A stretch of 64,000 nt of DNA from an uncultured bacterium (GCA_963830935.1 CAWHOC010000018.1:3402-67401); one strand, 5' to 3'; shown: positions 9,152-18,251, counted from the stretch's first letter. The notes: a model not told the origin generated them from the letters alone. A program made the numbers and translations.

Positions 9152-10320
9152 TTACTGATACTGAATATAGCTCGGCTGTGGGCTGAGCTGGAGCACTTGT
9201 TGCGGCGTGAGCATCCCGGTGCTCGGCGGCAGGAGATCGTTCTTATAGAACAGCTTGAATCCGGTGAACTGCACGGGCTCGGCGGCCTCGACGCGCTGCG
9301 TACGTGTTGAGCTTCTTTGCCTGCGAACCCCAGCCGTCCATATCGATCACGATCTGCACCTGCGGCAACGGCGTGATGTCTTTGATAATTTGTCACCATA
9401 TCTTCGGTGAAGCGGTGCACTACCAAAATCTTTGGCGGTAGATTATTTTGCGTGTACGATGTTTGCCAAATAGTTCGCCGCCCAGTTGATGTCGCTCGCG
9501 CTCATCGTGCCGATCTCCTGGTCCGGCTTTACGCCCGGCTCCATGTCGAATTCCGGATCGAGCGAGAGTTCCACGTTCGGCAATTTAAAATATGACGCGT
9601 ATTGCGGAACCTCCGTTTCCACATTGCTTTGCCCGACCTGAAAGTCCAGGAACACGAGCCCGTTCACCGGCGCCATCAGTGCGATCGCTTTATCCACCTG
9701 GCTGTCCGGCATGCGCAGGCGATATTTTCCGTCCGCGCCGGCGCTGCCTTGCGCGGTGACAACGATGTAGTCGAGCGCCGGGATGACAGGCGTCGATGGG
9801 ATCCGCCGCCGCGCCACTCGGCAGTCGTCGAGGCGAGCATCGCCATCATCTGATCGGTCGGATACTGTCCGAGCACGCCCATCTGCGTGGAATAAAAATT
9901 GCCGTAATACGCGACGATGCGGTTGAAAGGGAGCAGTGCGCCGGCGTCGGGCAATGGTGCGGTTTTGACCGGCCACGCGCTCACGCCCGGGACGGTCTTT
10001 GTTGTCTTCGAAACCTGGATCGTCGTCGTGCTCGGAATAGTAGAGGTAACGACGATAGTGATCGTGCGTGGTGGGACGTTGGCGATCGCGAGCAATTTTG
10101 CGTTATACGCTGCGGCGTCGATCGGCGTGAGCGCCGAGAGGGAACTGCTCGTGGAATCAACAGTACTCGTAGAACCGGTCAACGATTGCCCGGACGCTCC
10201 CCAGCACTTTGTACGTTCCGCAAAAAATATTCGTGAGAAAAGCGCTGTAAAAGATCCGCAGAAGATCCCCACCGCAGCGACGATCAGAAATAGCGATCCT
10301 TTATGAAAATAGTTGTGCAT
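9152..10320 (-). pseudogene. membrane-anchored secreted protein, possibly a glycoside-hydrolase-like fold (family not recognised), 2-3 frame changes
   Basis: N-terminal TM (LFLIVAAVGIFCGSF) and a Ser/Thr linker. Then RIVAYYGNFYSTQMGVLGQYP..LDFQVGQS..LSLDPEFDM..ILVVHRFTEDMV..VIDMDGWG..GFKLFYKND, spread over ORFs 9676..10323, 9443..9976 and the upstream part of 8632..9426. Confidence 0.5.
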
Positions 10321-10353
10321 CAATAGCGTTAGGATACCACATCCGGCGAGGCG

Positions 10354-10894
10354 CTAGAACTCCACCGTCGGCTTCGCCGCTCCGCCGTTCGCGAAGGGAT
10401 GTTTGATCTCGCGCATCTCCGTCGCAAGGTCGGCGGCGTCGATCAATTCCTGTGGCGCGCCGCGCCCGGTGAGGATAAGGATGCGGTCGTCGGGATAGTT
10501 TTTGATGGCGGCAAGCACGTCCTCGACGGCGAGGAGGCCGAGCGAGAGCGCGACGTTGATCTCATCAAGCACAATCAGGTGCCATTTGCCGGAATTCTTT
10601 TCTTCGATGAACGTCGCGAGCGCCTCGCGCCGCCGCCTCGCGATGTTTTTCGATCGGCAATGGGTCGCCAAGAATGCCCACGAATCCCAATCCCATTTTT
10701 CGGATCTCAAAGCGGTCCGCGGGGATACGTAACTATGTGGCAAACTCGTCCTCGCCCGAAACCCACGGGCCTTTGATGAATTGGATCATGAGTGCCGACT
10801 TATCGCGCCCGAGTACCCGCATCATCTGTCCGAGCGCCGCAGTCGTTTTTCCTTTTCCATCACCGGTAAAGAGGAGTATCACGGATGTCATCAT
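10354..10894 (-). pseudogene. CobA/CobO/BtuR-family P-loop protein (cob(I)yrinic acid a,c-diamide adenosyltransferase-like)
   Basis: MMTSVILLFTGDGKGKTTAALGQ..MIQFIKG | ..WHLIVLDEINVALSLGLL..LILTGRGAPQELIDAADLATEM..KHPF. Frame change near 10740. Confidence 0.7.
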
Positions 10895-10940
10895 ACTCCA
10901 GTGCCAAAATTGATGCATAGTGCCAGGCCGATAAAGGCCC

Positions 10941-10970
10941 TTGACAAATTTAAGAAAATACTGTTAGTAT
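10941..10970 (+). promoter_or_regulatory. orphan promoter (TTGACA, 18 nt, TGtTAGTAT)
   Basis: TTGACA 10941-10946 and extended -10 TGTTAGTAT at 10962-10970. An ATG lies 6 nt downstream, opening only a 7-codon ORF. Confidence 0.4.
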
Positions 10971-11241
10971 GCGGGTATGTTTCTTATGAAACATTCATAG
11001 GAACTAGCTGGATGCGTTTAGAACTCTCAACTGGATGGATTTAAATATAGAAATGAAGAAGATGAGTTTTGTATAAAAGAAAAAGCGGCGTCGTCCGTAG
11101 ACAACACCGCCAGTTTTTTGGAATCAGTAAGCGGCTATGCCAGAATCCAAATCGATGTAGACCTCCTGCGGATTTGATGAGCAAGTAAAGACCTTCTGCA
11201 CGCGCAGAGATCTGCCTCTGCCCCTCGTTTTCCCTGGAGGA

Positions 11242-11538
11242 TTAACGACTTTGAAGGACACGCCGTCTAGAACTATTTCTCTCGCCTGGCTGAAGTGGGC
11301 GATTGAAGGCGCTCCTCGGCTTTACCTCCGTAAAAAGGTTGTGGTATTCCTTCGCCCAATCGATCTCGCTCCAATCGAAGAGGGTAAGTGTATGCCTACC
11401 TATCTTCTTGTAAGCGGCGCAGACATCTGGCTTATCACGATTTTCTTTCATTCCTTTTTTGATTTCAACCAGGATGCTCCTGATCGCATCCTCGATGGTT
11501 ATTTCTCCCGTCATGCTCGCAATCTCCTTTGATCTCAC
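11242..11538 (-). CDS. hypothetical protein
   Basis: 98-aa ORF. Its start overlaps the stop of the upstream membrane gene (ATGA). No family recognised. Confidence 0.35.
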   Translation of the reverse strand: MRSKEIASMTGEITIEDAIRSILVEIKKGMKENRDKPDVCAAYKKIGRHTLTLFDWSEIDWAKEYHNLFTEVKPRSAFNRPLQPGERNSSRRRVLQSR

Positions 11539-12008
11539 TCGTGCAGAGTGATAGTCTGAGTGGGAATTTCAATCGGCTTCTTTGCATTACCCACGGCGAT
11601 GAAAACGACTGCCAGTAAGGCGCAAGCGAAAGCCGCAGAATGATAAGGCGTTGGAACTTCCTTAACCCAAACGAATTTGATCAACGCTACGACAACCGGC
11701 AATAGTACCGCGAGGATGGTTATGGTGATCGCGTTACCTCCTACCGTGAATGCGCCGATGTAGAAGAAGTCAGCGACAAAGAAGTTACTGCCCCGCACGC
11801 GAAACCAAAGGTCATTTCCGGATGGTAATGTCGTCGGTTTTCCAGCAAAACGTTGGTACAAGTAGAGACCCAACGCGAGCGGGAGCAGGACGAAGTACCA
11901 GCCGACGAGCAGACTCGGTGTTGAGTACTGTTTAAGACGAACGTCGATGATCGTATTCGTGATGGCATACATCACGAGTCCAATCAGAGCATAAATCACT
12001 GATTTCAT
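11535..12008 (-). CDS. small multi-pass membrane protein, EamA/DMT-like single domain
   Basis: 157 aa with four to five hydrophobic helices. The assignment is a weak family guess. Confidence 0.45.
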   Translation of the reverse strand: MKSVIYALIGLVMYAITNTIIDVRLKQYSTPSLLVGWYFVLLPLALGLYLYQRFAGKPTTLPSGNDLWFRVRGSNFFVADFFYIGAFTVGGNAITITILAVLLPVVVALIKFVWVKEVPTPYHSAAFACALLAVVFIAVGNAKKPIEIPTQTITLHE

Positions 12009-12080
12009 GACTGCCTCCAGCTTAACTAGATTGACAAACTTTCCGAATAAAATGATAGCATATAAAAGGTATTTTGTCTA

Positions 12081-12150
12081 GCTAGGATATCTGAATAGAA
12101 CCAAGATAAACGCCTTCAGAGGGCGCTGTCCGACCATTAGACGATCCCCC
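12081..12150 (-). tRNA. degenerate tRNA-like sequence (Gln CUG-type anticodon arm), probably a pseudo-tRNA
   Basis: GGGGGAT-C-GTC..GAC-A-GCGCC-CTCTGAA-GGCGT has a good anticodon arm and a GGTTCTATTC T-loop-like motif. The T stem fails, the 3' acceptor (ATCCTAG) pairs only 5/7, and there is only 1 nt between the acceptor and D stems. Confidence 0.3.
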
Positions 12151-12155
12151 AAAAA

Positions 12156-12769
12156 TTAGTATTGGCGAAATTGCAAAAGATTTTTCAATCTTTCTACCTC
12201 CGCTTTTTCTCCTAATCCGTATAGCATTATGCCGCACCTCGGGATGAAATTCAAGTCGCCGGAGAGCATTTTCGACAATTTTTTAAGAGGTAAGGATTTG
12301 TGTTTACAAATCCAAAATTATATGTGCACGTTGGAAGATGTATAGAAAGATATGCTTCCGCTTCATAAAGTCCGCGTAAAAAACGAATAAGATACGATTC
12401 ATTAATTTCAATCCATGTCGGTAGCACATGAGGAAACTGTTCTTTATTACCCGTGGGTATTCCTAGTCGTTTTGAAATAAATTTCTGATATAAACTTATT
12501 CTCACAGCGTTAGAACTCCGCGCTTTTGCAACAGTGGGAACCTTATTAAAAAGCAATTCGGTCATCAATACATAGCGACGGACAAACCCCATCTTGGCAA
12601 AATCGCCAACTATAGTGATGCGCTCTGTTCTGGGGAACACCTGAATATTCCCATCGCCCAGTACTACACCAATATATTCAGCAAGATCGCCGCTATGGGG
12701 AATATCGGCATACTGAACACGGTGGCTATCCCACCATTTCTTAAAATTATCGATCCTTCTCGCCTTCAT
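12156..12769 (-). pseudogene. LAGLIDADG-family homing endonuclease, free-standing; two homopolymer frame changes
   Basis: Two LAGLIDADG motifs (LAEYIGVVLGDGNI and IRFLRGLYEAEAY). The C terminus ..NPYLLK | IVENALRRLEFHPEVRHNAIRIRRK | AEVERLKNLLQFRQY* is restored by removing one base from T6 (12279-12284) and one from T5 (12204-12208). Confidence 0.75.
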
Positions 12770-12882
12770 AGTGCGAGAGATCTTTCAGCGCAAGAAAGAG
12801 GTCGTTGAATCATATAATCCTTCCCGGATTATACGCTCCCGACATTAAATCTTTATTAAATTAAGCTTTATCCAATAAGCCT

Positions 12883-14007
12883 CTATGAGAGATTCTCTAC
12901 GAGCGCCACTTCGAGCGGCACGATGGCGAAGGGGGAGTAGCGCATCTCCGCGTACGCGCGGATGAGCGCCTTGATCATTTTGACGAGCGTAGCAACGTCC
13001 GCGCCCGCGCCGAGCGCGATCACGCCCGCTACCTCATCGCGCGTGAGGTCCCGCTCCATCACCGGCTTAAGCGCCGGATTGATCTTGAGCGAAAGCACCT
13101 TACGCAAATAGTGGATGAGGTCTTTGGTAAACTGCACCAGGTTGTGGCCGTCCTCGTTCAGCTCGTTCAAGTAGCCGAGCGCGCCCTTCACGTCGCGCGC
13201 GACGATGAACACCGCGAGTTCGTGGACTTTCTTGAGGCCGGTGCGGCCGGTCACACGCTCCGCGTCGGCGAGCGAGATGCCCTTGGCGCTTGCGCCGGTG
13301 CCACCGCTGAGCGACGACATCTGGTCGAGCAGCGACTCCGCGTCGCGGAAGCTTCCTTCCGCCGCCGCGGCGATGAGCTCGATCGCGGCATCATCGATCT
13401 TTATCTTTTCTTTCTTTGCGATGGACGTCAGCTTTTCGATGATGATCGCCTTGGACAACTTCTTGAACACGAACCGTTGGGCGCGCGAGGTGATCGTGGG
13501 CGGAAGTTTCTCAAACTCGGTTGTGGCCAAAATGATCACCGCGTGCTTGGGCGGCTCCTCGAGTGTCTTAAGCAGCGCGTTGAACGCCGCGCCGGTCAAC
13601 ATGTGCGCCTCGTCTATAATATAGACCTTGTGATCGGCGCTCGCGGGTGCGGTGCGGATGTTCTCTTTAAGATTGCGGATCTCGTCGATGCCGCGATTGG
13701 ATGCCGCGTCGATCTCCACCACGTCAAACGAGTTCTGCGCGTCGATCGCCAGGCATTCGCGGCACTCGTTGCACGGCTCACCGAGCTTGGCAAATTCCGG
13801 ATCATCGCGGCGCTTCTCGCAATTGAGCAGCTTTGCGATCAACCGCGCCGTCGTCGTCTTGCCCGTCCCACGCGCGCCATAAAAGATGTAGGCCTGCCCA
13901 AGCCGCCCGGCCTTCGCGGCGTTCTTCAATATCTCGACGTTCGTCTCCTGGCCGAGCACGTCATCCAGCTTCTGTGGGCGGTATTTGCGATAGAGCGCTT
14001 GTGCCAT
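12883..14007 (-). CDS. dnaX: DNA polymerase III subunit gamma/tau (short form)
   Basis: Intact 374 aa. YRKYRPQ..GQE, GARGTGKTT, a Cys cluster CNECRECLAI, and VYIIDEAHML. Confidence 0.9.
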   Translation of the reverse strand: MAQALYRKYRPQKLDDVLGQETNVEILKNAAKAGRLGQAYIFYGARGTGKTTTARLIAKLLNCEKRRDDPEFAKLGEPCNECRECLAIDAQNSFDVVEIDAASNRGIDEIRNLKENIRTAPASADHKVYIIDEAHMLTGAAFNALLKTLEEPPKHAVIILATTEFEKLPPTITSRAQRFVFKKLSKAIIIEKLTSIAKKEKIKIDDAAIELIAAAAEGSFRDAESLLDQMSSLSGGTGASAKGISLADAERVTGRTGLKKVHELAVFIVARDVKGALGYLNELNEDGHNLVQFTKDLIHYLRKVLSLKINPALKPVMERDLTRDEVAGVIALGAGADVATLVKMIKALIRAYAEMRYSPFAIVPLEVALVENLS

Positions 14008-14015
14008 GTACGTCT

Positions 14016-14021
14016 ATTATA
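14016..14021 (-). promoter_or_regulatory. -10 box of dnaX (leaderless)
   Basis: Minus strand: TATAAT, 8 nt, then ATG at 14007. Confidence 0.4.
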
Positions 14022-14167
14022 CGCTGGAAATGTTAAAAAATCATTAAATCTAATTTGACCTACCGTTGAAAAGGATTATTCTGGTATTAGGACTCAAGAA
14101 AAGTCCTATGCCTTCGGGCCGACCCCGCCCCATAGATGTCTTGCTAGCAGACCGGGCGGGGGTAACT

Positions 14168-14638
14168 TTATAGAATATTCAAAAGAAATCGAAGCTTGAG
14201 CGACTCAAATTCGCCTTCCGACATGATTGCGGAATAATAAAAAAGGCGTCGACTATCCAATGTGCGCGCCTGCGAAAGCAGCGCAATACTTACACCAGGA
14301 TCATTAATCACGGTAAAAAAATCTTTACCGAATTTTGGTGTATGGGTTAACGGAATGCCAAAGAATATCTTGTTGGAAAACTTTTTGAGGATAAGCACTG
14401 GACGAAGAAATTTTCTAACATCCCCATCCTGTTCATGCCCGATATTTGTTCCTAAATAACAAAACCAAATCTCGCGTTCTTTAAAAGAAAACCTAGGAAT
14501 AGTATTGTCTAGTTTTGACTTTTTCTCATTCCAGCGGTCAAAATCCTTTTCCATCCATATCAGCATACGCACCGAGGCATTAAAACTATTTAAAAATTGA
14601 TTCTCCGGCCCATTTCTTCTATCATCATGGTATTGCAC
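14168..14638 (-). CDS. PemK/MazF-like toxin-fold protein (solitary)
   Basis: REIWFCYLGTNIGHEQDGDVRKFLRPVLILKKF..IPLTHTPK resembles the MazF/PemK core. The true start is probably internal (ATG 14566 or 14554), because 14638 abuts the scpA start. Confidence 0.55.
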   Translation of the reverse strand: MQYHDDRRNGPENQFLNSFNASVRMLIWMEKDFDRWNEKKSKLDNTIPRFSFKEREIWFCYLGTNIGHEQDGDVRKFLRPVLILKKFSNKIFFGIPLTHTPKFGKDFFTVINDPGVSIALLSQARTLDSRRLFYYSAIMSEGEFESLKLRFLLNIL

Positions 14639-14640
14639 CC

Positions 14641-15432
14641 ATGGAATATGAAACGCGCGTAGGGGAATTCAGCGGCCCCCTCGAGAAGCTGCTCGAGCTC
14701 ATCGAGGCGGAAAAGATGGATATCAACGAGGTAAGTTTGGCCAAGGTCACGGATGATTTTTTGCGCTATCTCGATAAATTCAAAAAAGGGATGGAGGCGG
14801 ACACCGCAGGCGCCGCCGATGCGGAGAACAAATTTCGCGTGGATCTGCGCGTGCTTGCTGACTTCGTGTCCGTCGCGAGCAAGCTGATTTTTTTGAAGTC
14901 AAAATATTTATTGCCGGGCTTGGCGCTCACGCAGGAAGAAGAGGCGGACATCAAAGATCTCGAAGCGCGCCTGCATATCTATCAACAGCTCAAGCCCGCG
15001 ATCAAACTGATCCATCGGCTCTGGCTCACAAGCCATAAGTCGTTCAGCCGGCCATATTTCCTTGGCCGCGGCACCGGCAACGTTCCCGGGCAATCCATGT
15101 TCTATCCGGGCGGCAATCTGGATATAGACGCGCTCACGGCCGCGCTCGGCGGCATCTTTGAGACAATGAAAACGTACGACCTCGAGACGGAGACGATCCG
15201 CGAAAAGATCGTCACGCTCGAGGAAAAGATCACGGAAGTGCTTGGCCGTATCCAACAACACGGCGATATGCACTTCAACAATCTTTCGGGTGAAAAATCG
15301 CGCGGCGAGATGATCGTGGTCTTCCTCGCCATTTTGCATTTAGCGCGCGAACAGCTCGTGCTCCTGGAGCAGATGGATAATTTTTCTGATATAATGGTGA
15401 AGAAAAATAATGAAAAAGTGGTGAGAACATGA
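14641..15432 (+). CDS. scpA: segregation and condensation protein A
   Basis: Intact 263 aa. EFSGPLEKLLELIEAEKMDINEVSLAKVTDDFLRYL is a typical ScpA N terminus. Overlaps scpB (ATGA). Confidence 0.85.
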   Translation: MEYETRVGEFSGPLEKLLELIEAEKMDINEVSLAKVTDDFLRYLDKFKKGMEADTAGAADAENKFRVDLRVLADFVSVASKLIFLKSKYLLPGLALTQEEEADIKDLEARLHIYQQLKPAIKLIHRLWLTSHKSFSRPYFLGRGTGNVPGQSMFYPGGNLDIDALTAALGGIFETMKTYDLETETIREKIVTLEEKITEVLGRIQQHGDMHFNNLSGEKSRGEMIVVFLAILHLAREQLVLLEQMDNFSDIMVKKNNEKVVRT

Positions 15433-16008
15433 AACATACACGCGCATCGCTCGAGGCATTGCTCTTTATTCACGGAGAACCGCTATCGTACAAAAAAATA
15501 CAGTCGGTGTTGGAAATAGAGAAAGAGGAGCTGGAGACCCTCATCAAGGAATTGAAGGCTGACTTGGAGTCCGACGCGCGCGGATTGCAGCTGATCTCCG
15601 ACCGTGAAAAAGTTCAGTTGGCCACGAAGCCTGAATTCAACAGTATTCTGGAAAGCTTCATGAAGGAGGAGATTTCCGAGGACCTGACGCCGGCGTCGCT
15701 CGAGGCGCTCTCTATTATTGCGTACCTCGGGCCGATCTCCCGCGCGCGGCTGGAATACTTGCGCGGCGTGAACTCCATCGTCATCTTGCGCAGCTTGATG
15801 ATCCGCGGACTCGTGGAGCGGTTTCCCGATCCGGAGCATCCCGGCAAGCTTCCTTTACCGCGGCACATTCGACCTTATGAAGCATCTCGGCATCAAAGAG
15901 AAAGGCGAATTGCCTGATTACGAGAAGTTCCAAGAGTTATTAAAAGTATTCGACCAACCGGCCGCAAGCGAGGGCGATGCCAGCGCGGAGCAGGCCACCG
16001 TACAATGA
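15429..16008 (+). pseudogene. scpB: segregation and condensation protein B, one frame change
   Basis: LEALLFIHGEPLSYKKI..LTPASLEALSIIAYLGPISRARLEYLRGVNS..LMIRGLVER | FLYRGTFDLMKHLGIKEKGELPDYEKF. Break near 15850. Confidence 0.85.
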
Positions 16009-16982
16009 GGCACTCCGAAAAGTTCGTTTTTTTATTTGTTGTGATCGTTGCCGTGTTTTTCGCGCGGTTCGCGTATCCCACGATATCCGGCGTGCCGTCG
16101 CTCGTGCGCGACAATCCTCCGCAAACAGCTGACGCGCAGGCCGTGACATCGCCACCAACACTTGTGCTTCCACAGACCTCACTGAACGGCGCCAATGCTG
16201 CAGCCGTCGGAGGTAACGATGTCACGGCAACCTCCACCACTTCCACAACCTCATCGATCCCGGTTTTCAGTAGCCAGGCATACATGGTGGCCGATCTTAC
16301 GTCGGGCAACGTCCTCGCGGGATCGAACATCGCAAAACGATGGCCGACCGCGTCACTTACGAAACTGATGACGGCCACGCTCGTGCTCGATCAGCTCTCC
16401 GCGAGCACCACGATCACCATTTCGCCGCAGATGTTCGCCGCAGACCCGGACGAACACACGCTCGTGCTCGGCGGCACCTATACCGTCGGAGATCTTCTCC
16501 ACGTGATGCTTATGCCGTCGAGCAACGTGGCGGCGCAGGCGATGGCGGATTACATCGGGACCGCGCAGTTCATGAGCGAGATGAACCAGCGCGCCACGCA
16601 GTGGGGGATGACCGAAACATATTTTGCGGATCCCTCCGGCATTTCCGCCGCGAACGAATCGTCAGCGAGCGACCTTCTGATCCTCGCACAACACATCTAC
16701 AATAATTATCCCGACATTCTCGCGCTTACAAACACTCCCGTGACGACGATCACCGAGCTGAACTCGGGGAAGCGGATCACCGTGCGGAGCATCAACAATT
16801 TCGCGGGCACGCCGGGCTTCGTCGGCGGAAAGACGGGCAACACGCCGCAGGCGGACGGGAATCTTCTTTCCATATTCAACTACCAGGGCGATCCGGTGTT
16901 CATCACCGTGCTCGGCGCGCCCGCATTGCCGTTCCAGGATACGACGGCGCTCTACTCGTGGTATAAAAACGACTATAAATAA
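16005..16982 (+). CDS. D-alanyl-D-alanine carboxypeptidase (S11, PBP5/6-like)
   Basis: Intact 325 aa. N-terminal anchor, then SLTK (SxxK), SSN (SxN) and KTG motifs. Confidence 0.85.
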   Translation: MRHSEKFVFLFVVIVAVFFARFAYPTISGVPSLVRDNPPQTADAQAVTSPPTLVLPQTSLNGANAAAVGGNDVTATSTTSTTSSIPVFSSQAYMVADLTSGNVLAGSNIAKRWPTASLTKLMTATLVLDQLSASTTITISPQMFAADPDEHTLVLGGTYTVGDLLHVMLMPSSNVAAQAMADYIGTAQFMSEMNQRATQWGMTETYFADPSGISAANESSASDLLILAQHIYNNYPDILALTNTPVTTITELNSGKRITVRSINNFAGTPGFVGGKTGNTPQADGNLLSIFNYQGDPVFITVLGAPALPFQDTTALYSWYKNDYK

Positions 16983-18043
16983 ATGTTGCTCTCGCAATCG
17001 ATGCTGCTCAGTGAGGCGGTGCGGGTCACGATACTGACCACGATCTCTTTTGTTGTCGCGCTCCTCGTCACGCCGCTCTGGTTCAAATTCATCGTGAAGT
17101 ATAAGTTCGGGAAGCAGCTGCGCGACGGAGCGGCGACGCCGGTGTTCGCGGAATTGCACAAAAACAAATCGGGGACGCCGACGAGCGGCGGGCTCATCAT
17201 CTGGACGACCGTCGTCGGCATGGCGATCTTCTTTGATGTCATGAACCACATCTTCGGCGGCGTGTGGCACTATTTCAATTTCATCGATCGCGCGCAGACC
17301 TATCTGCCTATCGCCGCATTCCTTATCGCTGCGCTCCTCGGCCTGCTCGACGATTACTTGGGGTGCTCAAGCTCGGCGGTGCCTCCGGCGGGGGATTGAA
17401 GATCCGGCAGAAAGCGGTGTTCTACGCCATCATCGCGCTCATCGGCGCCTGGTGGTTCTATTTCCGCCTGGATTGGAACATCCTCCAGATCCCGTTCATC
17501 GGCAACGTGACGATCGGCTGGTGGTACATCCCGATATTCATCTTTATCATCTTCGCGGCCGCATTCAGCGCGAACGAGACGGATGGGTTGGACGGCCTGC
17601 TCGGCGGCGTATCGCTCTTTGCGTTCGTATCGCTCGCCACGGTGGCGTTCGTACTCCACAGCTATGACCTCGCGGCGTTCTGCGGCGCCGTGATCGGCGC
17701 ACTCCTCGCGTTTCTCTGGTTCAACATCTATCCCGCAAAGTTCTTCATGGGGGACACCGGCTCCATGTCGCTCGGCATCACGATCGGCGTCATCGCCATG
17801 CTCACGAACACCACGCTCATCCTGCCGTTCTTCACCGTCATCCTCGTCGTTGAATCGCTGTCCGTCATTATCCAGACGATCTCCAAAAAACTGCGTCACG
17901 GCAAAAAAATATTCCGCTCCACGCCGATCCACCATCACTTCGAAGCGCTCGGCTGGCCGGAATCCCAAGTGACGATGCGCTTCTGGATCATCAGCGCCGT
18001 CTTCTGCGCGCTCGGGCTCGTGATCTTCTTCCTCAGCCACTGA
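16983..18043 (+). pseudogene. mraY: phospho-N-acetylmuramoyl-pentapeptide transferase, one frame change
   Basis: ..GTPTSGGLI..LLGLLDDYLG | ..ANETDGLDGL..NIYPAKFFMGDTGSMSLG..PIHHHFE. Break near 17360. Confidence 0.9.
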
Positions 18044-18118
18044 TTTAGAATTTTTTAATGATTATTTGATCAAGTTTTAATGGTCATTGTGCTACGGTGA
18101 CTTCGCCAGCGGCAAAAC

Positions 18119-18190
18119 GGGCCGGTGGTGAAAGGGTATCACGGCCATGTTGCCACTTGGCAGTTCGGAGTTCGACTCTCCGCCGGTCCA
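18119..18190 (+). tRNA. tRNA-Ala-like gene with a non-canonical (8-nt or 6-nt) anticodon loop
   Basis: Acceptor GGGCCGG/CCGGTCC gives G1-C72, G2-C71, G3:U70, with A73. D arm GTGA-AAGGGTA-TCAC; T arm CGGAG-TTCGACT-CTCCG. The anticodon arm GCCAT-GTTGCCAC-TTGGC is 18 nt instead of 17, and contains both UGC and GCC. No encoded CCA. Confidence 0.6.
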
Positions 18191-18217
18191 CAAAACCACT
18201 GGCGTCGAAAACCGAAT

Positions 18218-18245
18218 TTGACATTCATAGAGCACCGAGTACTAT
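18218..18245 (+). promoter_or_regulatory. candidate promoter inside the tRNA 3' trailer
   Basis: TTGACA (18218-18223), 16 nt, TACTAT (18240-18245). Confidence 0.35.
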
Positions 18246-18251
18246 GAATAT

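Noticed and set aside
10895-11240. A cobalamin riboswitch upstream of the cobO-like gene.
   Set aside because: No B12-box-like consensus or the expected multi-stem architecture is visible on the minus strand. The region instead holds a plus-strand promoter/terminator unit.
12883-14007. A programmed -1 frameshift site in dnaX (A AAA AAG type).
   Set aside because: No slippery heptamer is found in the gene. The ORF is a single short gamma/tau-like product.
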